From positions 18,996 through 82,995 of the forward strand of contig JAUWPV010000003.1 of NCBI GenBank assembly GCA_030611385.1: a DNA stretch of 64,000 bases, written 5' to 3'. Source of the DNA: Bacillota bacterium. Its GTDB lineage: Bacteria; Bacillota; Dethiobacteria; DTU022. The translations under genes and the position numbers were made by a program. This document shows, one piece after another, positions 31,457 to 42,229 of the stretch (positions are counted from its first letter, which is position 1; every line of letters begins with the position of its first letter). The notes below the pieces were generated by a model. It did not search any database. It was not told where the DNA came from and was given only the letters and a program-made list of their open reading frames with translations.

Positions 31457-33118
31457 ATGGAAAGGGAAAAATCCGACAGAATCAGGAGAGAAAAAACCGT
31501 ATGGCAGGAAGAAGTTAGTCAGATGAAGCAACGCAATGAACCTTTTAGCACTGTTTCAGGCCAGCCGATCGAAGCTCTCTACACACCGCTGGATCTCGGC
31601 GATTTCGATTGCGAAAAAGACCTCGGATTTCCGGGCAGTTATCCTTACACCAGGGGCGTTCAGGCGAATATGTACCGGGGTCGTCTCTGGACGATGCGCC
31701 AATTTTCAGGTTTCGGTGATGCCTTTGATTCGAATCGCCGTTATCGGTACCTGCTGGAACAAGGGCAGACCGGTTTGAGTGTTGCCTTCGATATGCCGAC
31801 GATCATGGGCTATGACTCTGATCATGAACGTTCACTCGGCGAAGTAGGCCGCTGCGGGGTGGCGATTGACTCTTTAGAAGATATGGAAGTGCTTTTTGAT
31901 CAAATTTCGGTTGACAAAGTAACTACTTCGATGACGATCAACGGGCCAGCGGCGATCCTCTGGTGCATGTATCTGGCCAATGCCGAAAAACAGGGTATCA
32001 GCCTGAGCCGGGTCGGCGGTACGATTCAAAATGATATTCTGAAAGAATATATCGCCCAGAAATCTTGGATTTTTCCGCCTGAACCTTCAATGCGCCTGAT
32101 TACTGATATTTTTGCCTTTGCAGCAGATCATGTACCGCAGTGGAATACGATCAGCATCAGCGGCTATCATATTCGTGAAGCCGGTTCAACAGCAGTACAA
32201 GAGCTGGCTTTCACGCTTGCAGATGGGTTTGCCTATATCGAAGCGGGGATAAAGGCCGGTCTTGATGTTGATCGTTTTGCCCCGCGTTTATCGTTCTTTT
32301 TTAATGCCCATATCGATTTTTTCGAGGAGATCTGTAAGTACCGTGCAGCCAGGCGGATCTGGGCACGCCGTATGAAAGAGCGCTATGGTGCCAAAGATCC
32401 CCGCTCTCTGAAGCTGCGCTTCCATACTCAGACAGCCGGCTGCAGCCTGGCGGCGCGGGAACCGGAAAATAATATTGTTCGCACTACCCTGGAAGCTCTT
32501 TCCGCCGTCATGGGCGGCACCCAGTCATTGCACACCAACTCAATGGATGAAGTGATGGCCCTGCCGACCGAAAAGGCGGTTAAAATAGCGCTGCGCACAC
32601 AGCAGGTTATTGCTTATGAAAGCGGGGTGGCCAACACGATTGATCCCCTGGCCGGATCATACTTTATCGAAGCTTTAACCGATCAAATGGAAGCAGAAGC
32701 GGAAGCGTATTTTAATAAGATCGATAATCTCGGTGGAGTGCTGAATGCAATAGACTGTGGTTTCTTCCAACAGGAGATCGCCGATGCTGCCTACACCTAC
32801 CAGCGGGCAGTGGACAATTGTGAGAGAATTGTTGTGGGGGTAAACTGTTACAACAACGGGGAACCGCAACAAATTGAACTGCTCAAAATTGATCCGTCAG
32901 TCGAAGAAAAGCAGGTCGGGCGACTGCGCAGGCTACGCGAGAAACGCGAAAACGATACAATAAACCGCTGCCTGGAAAACCTGAAAAAGTGTGCTGCCGG
33001 CAGTGACAACCTGATTCCGAAAATTTTAGAGGCTGTGAAAGTTTACGCCACTGAAGGCGAGATAGTGGCTGCTTTAAAAGAAGTATTTGGCGAATATAAA
33101 GAAAAACCGATATTTTAA
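31457..33118 (+). CDS. icmA: B12-dependent acyl-CoA mutase large subunit with isobutyryl-CoA mutase specificity residues
   Basis: MCM-family TIM barrel ([33 protein letters not shown]). Specificity positions are RQFSGF (Phe) and EYIAQK (Gln), not the Tyr/Arg of MCM. Confidence 0.82.
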   Translation: MEREKSDRIRREKTVWQEEVSQMKQRNEPFSTVSGQPIEALYTPLDLGDFDCEKDLGFPGSYPYTRGVQANMYRGRLWTMRQFSGFGDAFDSNRRYRYLLEQGQTGLSVAFDMPTIMGYDSDHERSLGEVGRCGVAIDSLEDMEVLFDQISVDKVTTSMTINGPAAILWCMYLANAEKQGISLSRVGGTIQNDILKEYIAQKSWIFPPEPSMRLITDIFAFAADHVPQWNTISISGYHIREAGSTAVQELAFTLADGFAYIEAGIKAGLDVDRFAPRLSFFFNAHIDFFEEICKYRAARRIWARRMKERYGAKDPRSLKLRFHTQTAGCSLAAREPENNIVRTTLEALSAVMGGTQSLHTNSMDEVMALPTEKAVKIALRTQQVIAYESGVANTIDPLAGSYFIEALTDQMEAEAEAYFNKIDNLGGVLNAIDCGFFQQEIADAAYTYQRAVDNCERIVVGVNCYNNGEPQQIELLKIDPSVEEKQVGRLRRLREKRENDTINRCLENLKKCAAGSDNLIPKILEAVKVYATEGEIVAALKEVFGEYKEKPIF

Positions 33119-33129
33119 GGAGGGTCAGG

Positions 33130-33534
33130 ATGAACAGTAGAAAAATCAGAGTGCTGGTGGCGAAACCGGGGCTTGATGGCCACGATCGCGGAGCAAAGGT
33201 GGTTGCCCGGGGCCTGCGTGATGCCGGAATGGAAGTTATTTATACGGGATTGCATCAGACACCGGAGCAGGTAGCCGAAACAGCCCTGCAAGAAGATGTT
33301 GACGTAGTCGGTTTAAGCATTCTTTCCGGGGCACACATGACCCTGACTCCAAGGATTAAAAAGCTTCTGCAGAAAAATGGAATGAACGATGTGCTGTTGC
33401 TTGTTGGCGGTATTGTTTCAGAGGAGGATGCCGCCGAACTGTTGAAAAGTGGCTGTGCAGATCAGGTATTTACACCCGGCGAGCCTCTTGATAAAATTAC
33501 CGGATATATCAGGGAGGCAATCAACGGACGCTAG
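33130..33534 (+). CDS. icmB: Acyl-CoA mutase small, cobalamin-binding subunit
   Basis: [12 protein letters not shown] (DxHxxG), GLSILSGAH and VGG. Confidence 0.88.
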   Translation: MNSRKIRVLVAKPGLDGHDRGAKVVARGLRDAGMEVIYTGLHQTPEQVAETALQEDVDVVGLSILSGAHMTLTPRIKKLLQKNGMNDVLLLVGGIVSEEDAAELLKSGCADQVFTPGEPLDKITGYIREAINGR

Positions 33535-34573
33535 AATTACCAGCAGCTTTAACCGGTCGGGCATTTACCGCTTTCCGGGTTGCTTTATGCTGAGAGCTAA
33601 TATTATGCATTCTATGCCAGGCCAAAAAGTCAGTGACCGCTTCACTTAACGGACGTGGTTTATAGCCAAGTTCCCGCCATGCTTTCTGATAACTGAACAG
33701 AGAATTATCGAGCAGTGTTTGCAATGAATAAACCGTATAGCTTGATTTTATTTTTAGCCACTGGAAGAACCGCTGTATAAAATAGATAGCAAACATGGCC
33801 AGCTTGATCGGTATTTTTAGTTTCACGGCACGGGTCCCGGTTGCATTATGAGTCATCTCCAGCAGGTTTTCAACGGTTACCTGAGTGCCGGATAATATGT
33901 AAATTTCACCGCTGATGCCCTTATCCCGAGCCAGGATTAAGCCCTGCGCCACATCGCGCACATCAACAAAATCATAAGCCCCGTCGATCAGAATGTTTAT
34001 TTTTCGATCTGAAAAAGAAAGCAGAGTTCTACCCATGTCAGAATCGAAATAGTCGTGAGAGCCGATGATTCCACTGGGGCAGACAATGACTGCATCGAGC
34101 CCCTTGTTGACAATATCCAGAACTGCCAGAGTTCCTTCAGCTTTGGAGCGATCGTAAGATCCGAACGGGCTGTCCAGAGCCAGCGGTGTGTTTTCATCGA
34201 TGGTTACACCGTGTGGTTCACGGCGAAAAGCATGAACCGAGCTGACATGAACCAAACGTTTGACTCCGCTAGCCAGGGCGGTTTCAGCAACATTGCGCGC
34301 CCCTTCAACGTTTACACGATGCATGATCTCCTCCATTCCCGGCCTGATTGAGATCACTCCGGCCAGATGGAAGACCGTATTAACTCCAGCCATCGCTATT
34401 TTGAGGGCTTCACGGTCGAGGATATCACCGACAACTACTTCGATCAGCATACCCTCTAAAGATTGAAGAGCTTCACCAGGTCGAACCAAAGCCCTCACTT
34501 TTTCTCCGGTGTCGATCAGTTCACGCACGAGCACATTGCCTAAATGTCCGGTTGCTCCGGTTACAAGAATCAT
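33521..34573 (-). CDS. Extended SDR, NAD-dependent epimerase/dehydratase (dihydroflavonol-reductase/HpnA-like)
   Basis: [24 protein letters not shown] and FVDVRDVA. Confidence 0.85.
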   Translation of the reverse strand: MILVTGATGHLGNVLVRELIDTGEKVRALVRPGEALQSLEGMLIEVVVGDILDREALKIAMAGVNTVFHLAGVISIRPGMEEIMHRVNVEGARNVAETALASGVKRLVHVSSVHAFRREPHGVTIDENTPLALDSPFGSYDRSKAEGTLAVLDIVNKGLDAVIVCPSGIIGSHDYFDSDMGRTLLSFSDRKINILIDGAYDFVDVRDVAQGLILARDKGISGEIYILSGTQVTVENLLEMTHNATGTRAVKLKIPIKLAMFAIYFIQRFFQWLKIKSSYTVYSLQTLLDNSLFSYQKAWRELGYKPRPLSEAVTDFLAWHRMHNISSQHKATRKAVNARPVKAAGNSSVR

Positions 34574-35175
34574 TTTTCATCTTTCCTTTCAATACCTTTT
34601 AGGATCAAATCGATACTGTTATGCAATACTTTACCCCAGTCCGCGCCGGTTGGATCCATAGAGGCCTGTAAAAACAAACCGCTCGAAAGCGATAACAACA
34701 GTTGGCCTGTTATGATCGGATCAACTTCTCCAAGCGTACCCTCGGCGATGCCGCGACGAACCAGTCCGGCAAAGATTTCCTGGTAACGGCGGTAGGGGGC
34801 AATAGTGGCTGAACGAACTTTTTCGTTGCGGCTGGCGTGAGACCACAATTCTAGGAATAAGCCCAAAATCTCTTGATTATGTTCGATTACCGGTTGAAGC
34901 CTACCGGCCATGTCGAGCAGACCGGTGGGCACTGTTTCAGACTGGGAAACTACGCTCTGCAGAGTAACTTCCAGGTTCTTCAGCCAGGAATCGATTAATT
35001 CAAGGAAAACAGTTTCCTTACTGTCGAAATGGTAATAGAATGCTCCCTTGCTGACCCCCGCTTTTTCGCAGATTTCAGCCACACCGGTGGCATCATAGCC
35101 CTCGGAGGCGAAGCAGCGTGTCGCTTCATCCAGAATTGCCGTTCGAGTTTGCGTGCTGCGTTGAGTGTTATTCAT
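34570..35175 (-). CDS. TetR/AcrR family transcriptional regulator
   Basis: HTH F...GY..T.V.EIC..AGVSKGAFYYHFDSKE. Its stop overlaps the SDR start (ATGA). Confidence 0.92.
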   Translation of the reverse strand: MNNTQRSTQTRTAILDEATRCFASEGYDATGVAEICEKAGVSKGAFYYHFDSKETVFLELIDSWLKNLEVTLQSVVSQSETVPTGLLDMAGRLQPVIEHNQEILGLFLELWSHASRNEKVRSATIAPYRRYQEIFAGLVRRGIAEGTLGEVDPIITGQLLLSLSSGLFLQASMDPTGADWGKVLHNSIDLILKGIERKDEK

Positions 35176-35190
35176 GGAAACTCCTATATA

Positions 35191-35208
35191 ATACCGACCG
35201 GTCGTTAT
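35191..35208. promoter_or_regulatory. Probable TetR operator
   Basis: ATACCGACCGGTCGTTAT near-perfect palindrome (perfect core CGACCGGTCG) between the promoter and the tetR RBS. Confidence 0.7.
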
Positions 35209-35222
35209 GTTATAATAAATTT

Positions 35223-35250
35223 AGTATACTACCCGGGTCAGGAATGTCAA
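35223..35250 (-). promoter_or_regulatory. Sigma-A promoter of tetR-SDR
   Basis: TTGACA-16-TATACT. Confidence 0.65.
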
Positions 35251-35405
35251 GGTTTCTGGAATTACATTTTTCAAAAAGGTTGATTTATACAGTTGGGAAA
35301 ACTAGCGAGACAGAATCGCAGCTGGCATGGAATTTTAACGAATGACAAAGGTAAAAGCCGTATTATCAAGAATTATTAATTGTAAATGTAAAGATCCATA
35401 ATTAA

Positions 35406-37439
<2,034 letters not shown>

Positions 37440-37459
37440 CCGGCGGAGGCGATCCGGAA

Positions 37460-38848
37460 ATGACTGAGGGAAAAATATCTTCCCTGACGGCGAACAGGGA
37501 CAGCAAACTATTACTGCAGACGATTATAGATTCCCTGTCAGATGCAGTTTCGGTAGTTGATGAGAAGGGGATCGGCATTATGATCAACCGTGCCTATACC
37601 CGAATTACCGGAATGTCGGAAGAACAGGTTTTAAAAAAGCCTGCTACCGTAGATATCGCTGAAGGTGAAAGCGTTCACTTAAGAGTATTACAGACCGGTA
37701 AGCCGATCAAGGGCGTACGCATGAAGGTCGGCCCATTCAGACGGGAGGTAATTGTCAGCTGTGCGCCGTTGATTATTAACGGAGAACTTAAAGGCAGTGT
37801 GGGTGTAATACACGACATATCTGAATTACGCCGGGTGATGGAAGAACTTGAACGGACCCGCCGTTTGATCAGAAAGCTTGAAACGCGCTATACGTTTGAT
37901 GATATTATCGGCAGCAGTGATCAGATTCGGGATACAATTGAGAGAGCTGTGCAGGCCGCTGCCACTCCGGTTTGCGTCCTGCTGCGTGGAGAATGCGGCA
38001 CGGGAAAGGAACTGTTTGCGCATGCCATTCATCATGTCAGTGAAAGGGCGGAAAAGCCGTTGATCAGAGTTAACTGCGCCTCACTGACCGATACCCTTTT
38101 AGAAAGCGAGCTGTTCGGATATTCTGACGGCGCTTTTACCGGTGCGAAAAAGGGCGGACGTAAAGGATATTTCGAAGAGGCTTCCGGCGGGACACTTTTT
38201 CTTGACGAAATTGGAGCGATGAGCCTTGAAGCTCAGTCCCGGCTGCTACGGGCAATCCAGGAAGGTGAAATAATCAGGGTTGGTGAATCGCGCACCCGCA
38301 GGATTGACGTCAGGGTTATCGCCGCAACCAATGCTGATCTGGAGAAAATGGTCGAAAAAGAACTGTTCCGCAAAGATCTCTATTATCGCCTTAACGTTTT
38401 TCCGATTGAGATGCCCCCGCTGCGAGAGATTAAAAGTGATATTCCTCTGCTGGTTAATCACTGCCTCTCCCGTTATGCCCAGGAATTTGGTCGTACTGTC
38501 ATTGAAACCACTCCGGCAGTCTACCGCCGCCTGAAAGAATACGATTGGCCCGGCAATGTTCGCGAATTACAGAATATAATTGCCCGGGCTTTGATTAATC
38601 TGAACCGTGAAGAGAACATTATCGACGAGAAACATCTGACGATGCCCTTTATTAATGATCCGGAACCCTGTAAGAACGACTCAGCGCCGTTTGAAGGTAC
38701 GTTAAAAGATATGCGCCACACCTGGGAAAAAGCAATTATCCGCAAAGCGATGCGGGAAAGCGAAGATAACAAGGCTGAAGCGGCCCGCCGCCTCGATATA
38801 TCGATCCGTAACCTCTACAATAAACTTCACCGATATAAACTTCTCTAA
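37460..38848 (+). CDS. Sigma-54 enhancer-binding activator (PAS-AAA+-Fis HTH; BkdR/RocR-like)
   Basis: PAS-like N-terminus, GECGTGKE, ESELFGY..GAFTGA, LFLDEIG, YDWPGNVREL and NKAEAARRLDIS. Confidence 0.93.
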   Translation: MTEGKISSLTANRDSKLLLQTIIDSLSDAVSVVDEKGIGIMINRAYTRITGMSEEQVLKKPATVDIAEGESVHLRVLQTGKPIKGVRMKVGPFRREVIVSCAPLIINGELKGSVGVIHDISELRRVMEELERTRRLIRKLETRYTFDDIIGSSDQIRDTIERAVQAAATPVCVLLRGECGTGKELFAHAIHHVSERAEKPLIRVNCASLTDTLLESELFGYSDGAFTGAKKGGRKGYFEEASGGTLFLDEIGAMSLEAQSRLLRAIQEGEIIRVGESRTRRIDVRVIAATNADLEKMVEKELFRKDLYYRLNVFPIEMPPLREIKSDIPLLVNHCLSRYAQEFGRTVIETTPAVYRRLKEYDWPGNVRELQNIIARALINLNREENIIDEKHLTMPFINDPEPCKNDSAPFEGTLKDMRHTWEKAIIRKAMRESEDNKAEAARRLDISIRNLYNKLHRYKLL

Positions 38849-38915
38849 AATGGTCCCCCGATTTTCCGATCCTGAATGAGCACCCCTGAATTATGGTTCC
38901 TCCGGTTTAAGTATT

Positions 38916-38931
38916 TGGTATGTAAATTGCT
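38916..38931 (+). promoter_or_regulatory. Sigma-54 (SigL) -24/-12 promoter
   Basis: TGGTATGTAAATTGCT fits TGGCAC-N5-TTGCW and lies directly after the activator gene. Confidence 0.82.
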
Positions 38932-38977
38932 TTATTATTTCGTGGAAAGTAATATTTAACTGCAGGGAGGAATAATT

Positions 38978-40015
38978 ATGTCTGGTTGCCTGGCCAGGAT
39001 GGCCGAGCAGGGGTTTGAAGAGTTGGTACTATTTCATGATGCCGGAACAGGATTAAAAACAGCGATTGCCATTCACAGCACTGCGCGAGGCCCGGCACTC
39101 GGCGGGACACGGATGTGGGTTTATCCGAACGAAGAAGCTGCCATTGAAGATGTAATGTGCCTGGCTCGCGGGATGAGTTACAAGTCGGCTGCAGCCGAAC
39201 TGCCGATCGGTGGAGGCAAGGGAGTGATTATCGGTGATCCCGGCCGCGATAAGAGTGAAGCATTATTCAGGGCCTATGGCCGTTTCGTTGAAAAATTAAA
39301 CGGGCGTTTTATTACGGCAGCTGACATGGGTATAGAGGAACATGATCTTGATTGTATACGCCTGGAAACAAGACATGTTATCGGCGGGTCGGCTCTCGGC
39401 AGCCCTTCCCCGCTTACGGCTTACGGAACCTTGAAAGGAATAAAGGCCTGCACTGAAGAGGTTTTTGGATCGCCGAATCTGGAAGGCCTGATTGTGACTG
39501 TTCAGGGTGTTGGCAGTGTCGGCATGGCCCTCTGTAAAAACCTGGCGGAAGAAGGGGCGCTTCTGATCGTAACAGATTTCGATCAAAAAAAAGTAAGAGA
39601 AGCAGTGGAGTGCTGGAATGCGAAAGCTGTTGCACCGGATGAAATATATGCGCAAAAATGTGACATATTTGCTCCCTGTGGGGGAGGTGGTGCGGTTAAC
39701 CTGGAAAGCCTGCCGCAATTGCAGTGCCGTATTGTTGCCGGTGCCGCTAATAATGTTTTAAAAGAAAAAGAACTCGGGGCCGCATTAAAAGAACGGGGTA
39801 TTCTCTATGCGCCTGATTACATCATCAATGCAGGCGGAATAATCTTTGTCGAGTTCAGCCGCCAGGGAGAAAAGAACCTTGAAAAAATAAAGGCAGTAAT
39901 CGACCGCATCGAGGGTCGCATGAAAGAAATATTCCGCCGTTCCCGCGAACAGAATCTGCTGCCCGAAGAGGTAGCCGATCTGATTGCCGAAGAGAAACTG
40001 AGGGAGAAAATTTGA
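38978..40015 (+). CDS. Glu/Leu/Phe/Val dehydrogenase (leucine dehydrogenase-like)
   Basis: GPALGGTRM, GMSYK, GGGKGV, PSP.TAYG, QGVGSVG, AGAANN and YAPDYIINAGG. Confidence 0.92.
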   Translation: MSGCLARMAEQGFEELVLFHDAGTGLKTAIAIHSTARGPALGGTRMWVYPNEEAAIEDVMCLARGMSYKSAAAELPIGGGKGVIIGDPGRDKSEALFRAYGRFVEKLNGRFITAADMGIEEHDLDCIRLETRHVIGGSALGSPSPLTAYGTLKGIKACTEEVFGSPNLEGLIVTVQGVGSVGMALCKNLAEEGALLIVTDFDQKKVREAVECWNAKAVAPDEIYAQKCDIFAPCGGGGAVNLESLPQLQCRIVAGAANNVLKEKELGAALKERGILYAPDYIINAGGIIFVEFSRQGEKNLEKIKAVIDRIEGRMKEIFRRSREQNLLPEEVADLIAEEKLREKI

Positions 40016-40043
40016 TTATATTTAAGATGAGCATCGGTGACCA

Positions 40044-40088
40044 TGCAAATTTTTGCATGCAAACAATTGCAAATTGCAATAATTTGCA
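40044..40088. promoter_or_regulatory. Triple TGCA-N6-TGCA palindrome, probable activator-binding enhancer
   Basis: TGCAAATTTTTGCA (40044-57), TGCAAACAATTGCA (40058-71) and TGCAATAATTTGCA (40075-88). Confidence 0.65.
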
Positions 40089-40102
40089 AGGAGGGATTAA
40101 TA

Positions 40103-40693
40103 ATGACAAATGAAATGCTTGAGTTCCGACTGCATGGGCGGGGCGGTCAGGGTATTGTGGTGGCGGCAGTTATCTTTGCCGAAGCGATGTTCCTGGAAGG
40201 TTATTACGCCAGGGCATTTTCACTGTATGGCGCTGAGCGACGCGGTGCGCCGGTAACTGCATTTATTCGGGCCAGTAAAGAACGCCTGATGCCGCGAAGT
40301 CGTATTTACCAGCCGGATTACGTGGTTGTTTTCGATTCGACACTTTCCGGTAGCACCCTGATTGCCGGTTTGAAAGAAGAAGGGACACTATTAATTAATT
40401 CCGGGGAAAACTGGAATAAAAATCTTCCCAGAGAAATATTACCGGAAAAACTCTTTAAAATAAATACTATTGACGCCCTAGAAATAGCCTGGAAACATAA
40501 ACTGACTATCGGTAGTTTCCCAATGGTTAATACGGTAATGCTCGGTGCTCTGGCCAGAATCAGTGGTCTGGCTTCCCTTGAAAACCTGATTACTTCAATC
40601 AAAAAAAAGGTTACGGTCAGAATTGATGCCAACATCAGCGCTGCTACCGAAGGTTATGAAAGCGTAAAGGAGGTGGGACAGCTTGCCACCTGA
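40103..40693 (+). CDS. 2-oxoacid:ferredoxin oxidoreductase gamma subunit
   Basis: EFRLHGRGGQG, YGAERRGAPV.AF.R and NTVMLGA. ATG 40103 follows AAGGAGG. Confidence 0.93.
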   Translation: MTNEMLEFRLHGRGGQGIVVAAVIFAEAMFLEGYYARAFSLYGAERRGAPVTAFIRASKERLMPRSRIYQPDYVVVFDSTLSGSTLIAGLKEEGTLLINSGENWNKNLPREILPEKLFKINTIDALEIAWKHKLTIGSFPMVNTVMLGALARISGLASLENLITSIKKKVTVRIDANISAATEGYESVKEVGQLAT

Positions 40694-42227
40694 GCTGACT
40701 AAAGAAACCGAATATTACCAATGTGGGACTGAACCCAGCACCGCCAATAAGACCGGTGAATGGCGCTTTCTGACCCCGGAAAAAGGCAGAAAACTCTCTC
40801 CGTGTCGTCAAAGTTGTCTACTGGAGGGAGAAATTCCACTCTGGTTGGAAGCTGTCAAGAAGGATAAGTGGAAGGAAGCCTGGCAGATTATGAGCCTCTA
40901 TAATCCTTTTCCGGCCCTGACCGGGCATGTCTGTTTTCATCCCTGCATTGAAAACTGCAACCGGGGTCAACTGGACCAGGAAATAGATATCCAGGCGATT
41001 GAAAGAGCTATCGGGGAATGGCGCCTGGCCAACTATGAACGATTGGTGAAACTGAAAGAGGCAAAAGGACGGATTGCCATAGTCGGCTCGGGTCCAGCGG
41101 GTCTCAGCTGCGCCTATTATCTTAATGAAGCCGGGTACGCAGTTACTGTTTATGAACGCTCTAAACTGATTGGGGGCATGCTTGCCCTGGGTATTCCCGA
41201 TTATCGCCTGCCGCGGAAAGTTTTACAAAAAGAATTGGCTCTGCTGCAGGAGGAAGGTATAAAATTTGTGGCTGGCTGCACCATTGGTAAGGATTTGAAA
41301 CTAACCGAGTTATATGATCAATATTTACAGGTTTTTGTAGCCACGGGCGCGTGGTTTTCCCGTAAATCGGCAATTCCCGGAGAGGAAAGCAGAGGGGTCT
41401 GGAACGCTCTTGACTTTTTAAGCATGATTAACAGCGGGCAGGTACCCGCAGCCACGGATCCGGTTGTTGTGATCGGAGGAGGAAATGCTGCCGTAGACAG
41501 TGCCCGCAGTGCGCTCCGGATGAATGGAGTTAACAATGTTACGCTGATCTATCGCCGCAGCAAGGTGGAAATGCCGGCAGATCCGCAAGAGGTTGAGGCA
41601 GCGGAACGTGAAGGAGTAGAGCTTATCTTTAATGCTCTGCCGCGGAAAATTGAAAAAAAAGGTGAAGTTATCAGGGCCGTACTGCTTGACCACTGTAAAA
41701 CAAGCCTGGAAGGGTTGACCGTCGATTGCAGCCGAGCCTTCCGGAAGAACTGTGGAACGGTAATTATGGCCATCGGACAGGAAGCCGATCTGTCCGTATT
41801 CGGGAACATGGAGAAACCGACTACGCTTTTTGCCGGAGGTGATCTGATCAGTGGTCCGGCAACAGTTCCCGAGGCAATCAGATCGGGACGACTGGCTGCC
41901 GCGGGTATCCGGGCTAAAATTGAAGGGTTGCCTGAAACTGAACCAGTCAGTGCAGAAGAGAACCCTGTGCTTTTCAGTGAATTGAACCTTAAATCGAAGA
42001 TAAATTTAGAACTGCAGCAAAGACAGGCTGATCCGTCAGCTGAAGCCGGCCGGTGTTTAGGGTGTGGATCCTGTACTTCATGTGGAATCTGCTACATATT
42101 TTGTCCTGACCTGGCGGTTGATCAGATCGATGGCCGCTATCAACTCAACCCGGACTACTGCAAAGGGTGCGGCATTTGCGTAAAAGAATGCCCATCCCAA
42201 GCGTTGATCATGAAAGGAGGCAGGTAA
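40683..42227 (+). CDS. 2-oxoacid oxidoreductase delta subunit fused with a GltD/NfnB-like FAD/NAD(P) oxidoreductase
   Basis: Delta N-motif NKTGEWR..P; Fe-S Cys (PCRQSC, HVCFHPC..NC); GSGPAG, GIPDYRLP, IGGGNAAVD..R, YRR and FAGGD; C-terminal EAGRCLGC and two CxxCxxCxxxCP (DYCKGCGICVKECP). Confidence 0.85.
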   Translation: MPPELTKETEYYQCGTEPSTANKTGEWRFLTPEKGRKLSPCRQSCLLEGEIPLWLEAVKKDKWKEAWQIMSLYNPFPALTGHVCFHPCIENCNRGQLDQEIDIQAIERAIGEWRLANYERLVKLKEAKGRIAIVGSGPAGLSCAYYLNEAGYAVTVYERSKLIGGMLALGIPDYRLPRKVLQKELALLQEEGIKFVAGCTIGKDLKLTELYDQYLQVFVATGAWFSRKSAIPGEESRGVWNALDFLSMINSGQVPAATDPVVVIGGGNAAVDSARSALRMNGVNNVTLIYRRSKVEMPADPQEVEAAEREGVELIFNALPRKIEKKGEVIRAVLLDHCKTSLEGLTVDCSRAFRKNCGTVIMAIGQEADLSVFGNMEKPTTLFAGGDLISGPATVPEAIRSGRLAAAGIRAKIEGLPETEPVSAEENPVLFSELNLKSKINLELQQRQADPSAEAGRCLGCGSCTSCGICYIFCPDLAVDQIDGRYQLNPDYCKGCGICVKECPSQALIMKGGR

Positions 42228-42229
42228 TT

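Noticed and set aside
31457-33534. Methylmalonyl-CoA mutase / succinate-propionate pathway call
   Set aside because: The specificity residues are Phe/Gln rather than Tyr/Arg, and no epimerase or decarboxylase is nearby.
35323-35340. TGGCATGGAATT as a sigma-54 promoter before ligA
   Set aside because: It lacks the -12 TTGC element.
40037-40102. N-terminal extension of the gamma subunit in the ORF track (MTMQIFACKQLQIAIICK)
   Set aside because: It is a translation of the TGCA palindromes. The RBS (AAGGAGG) points to ATG 40103.
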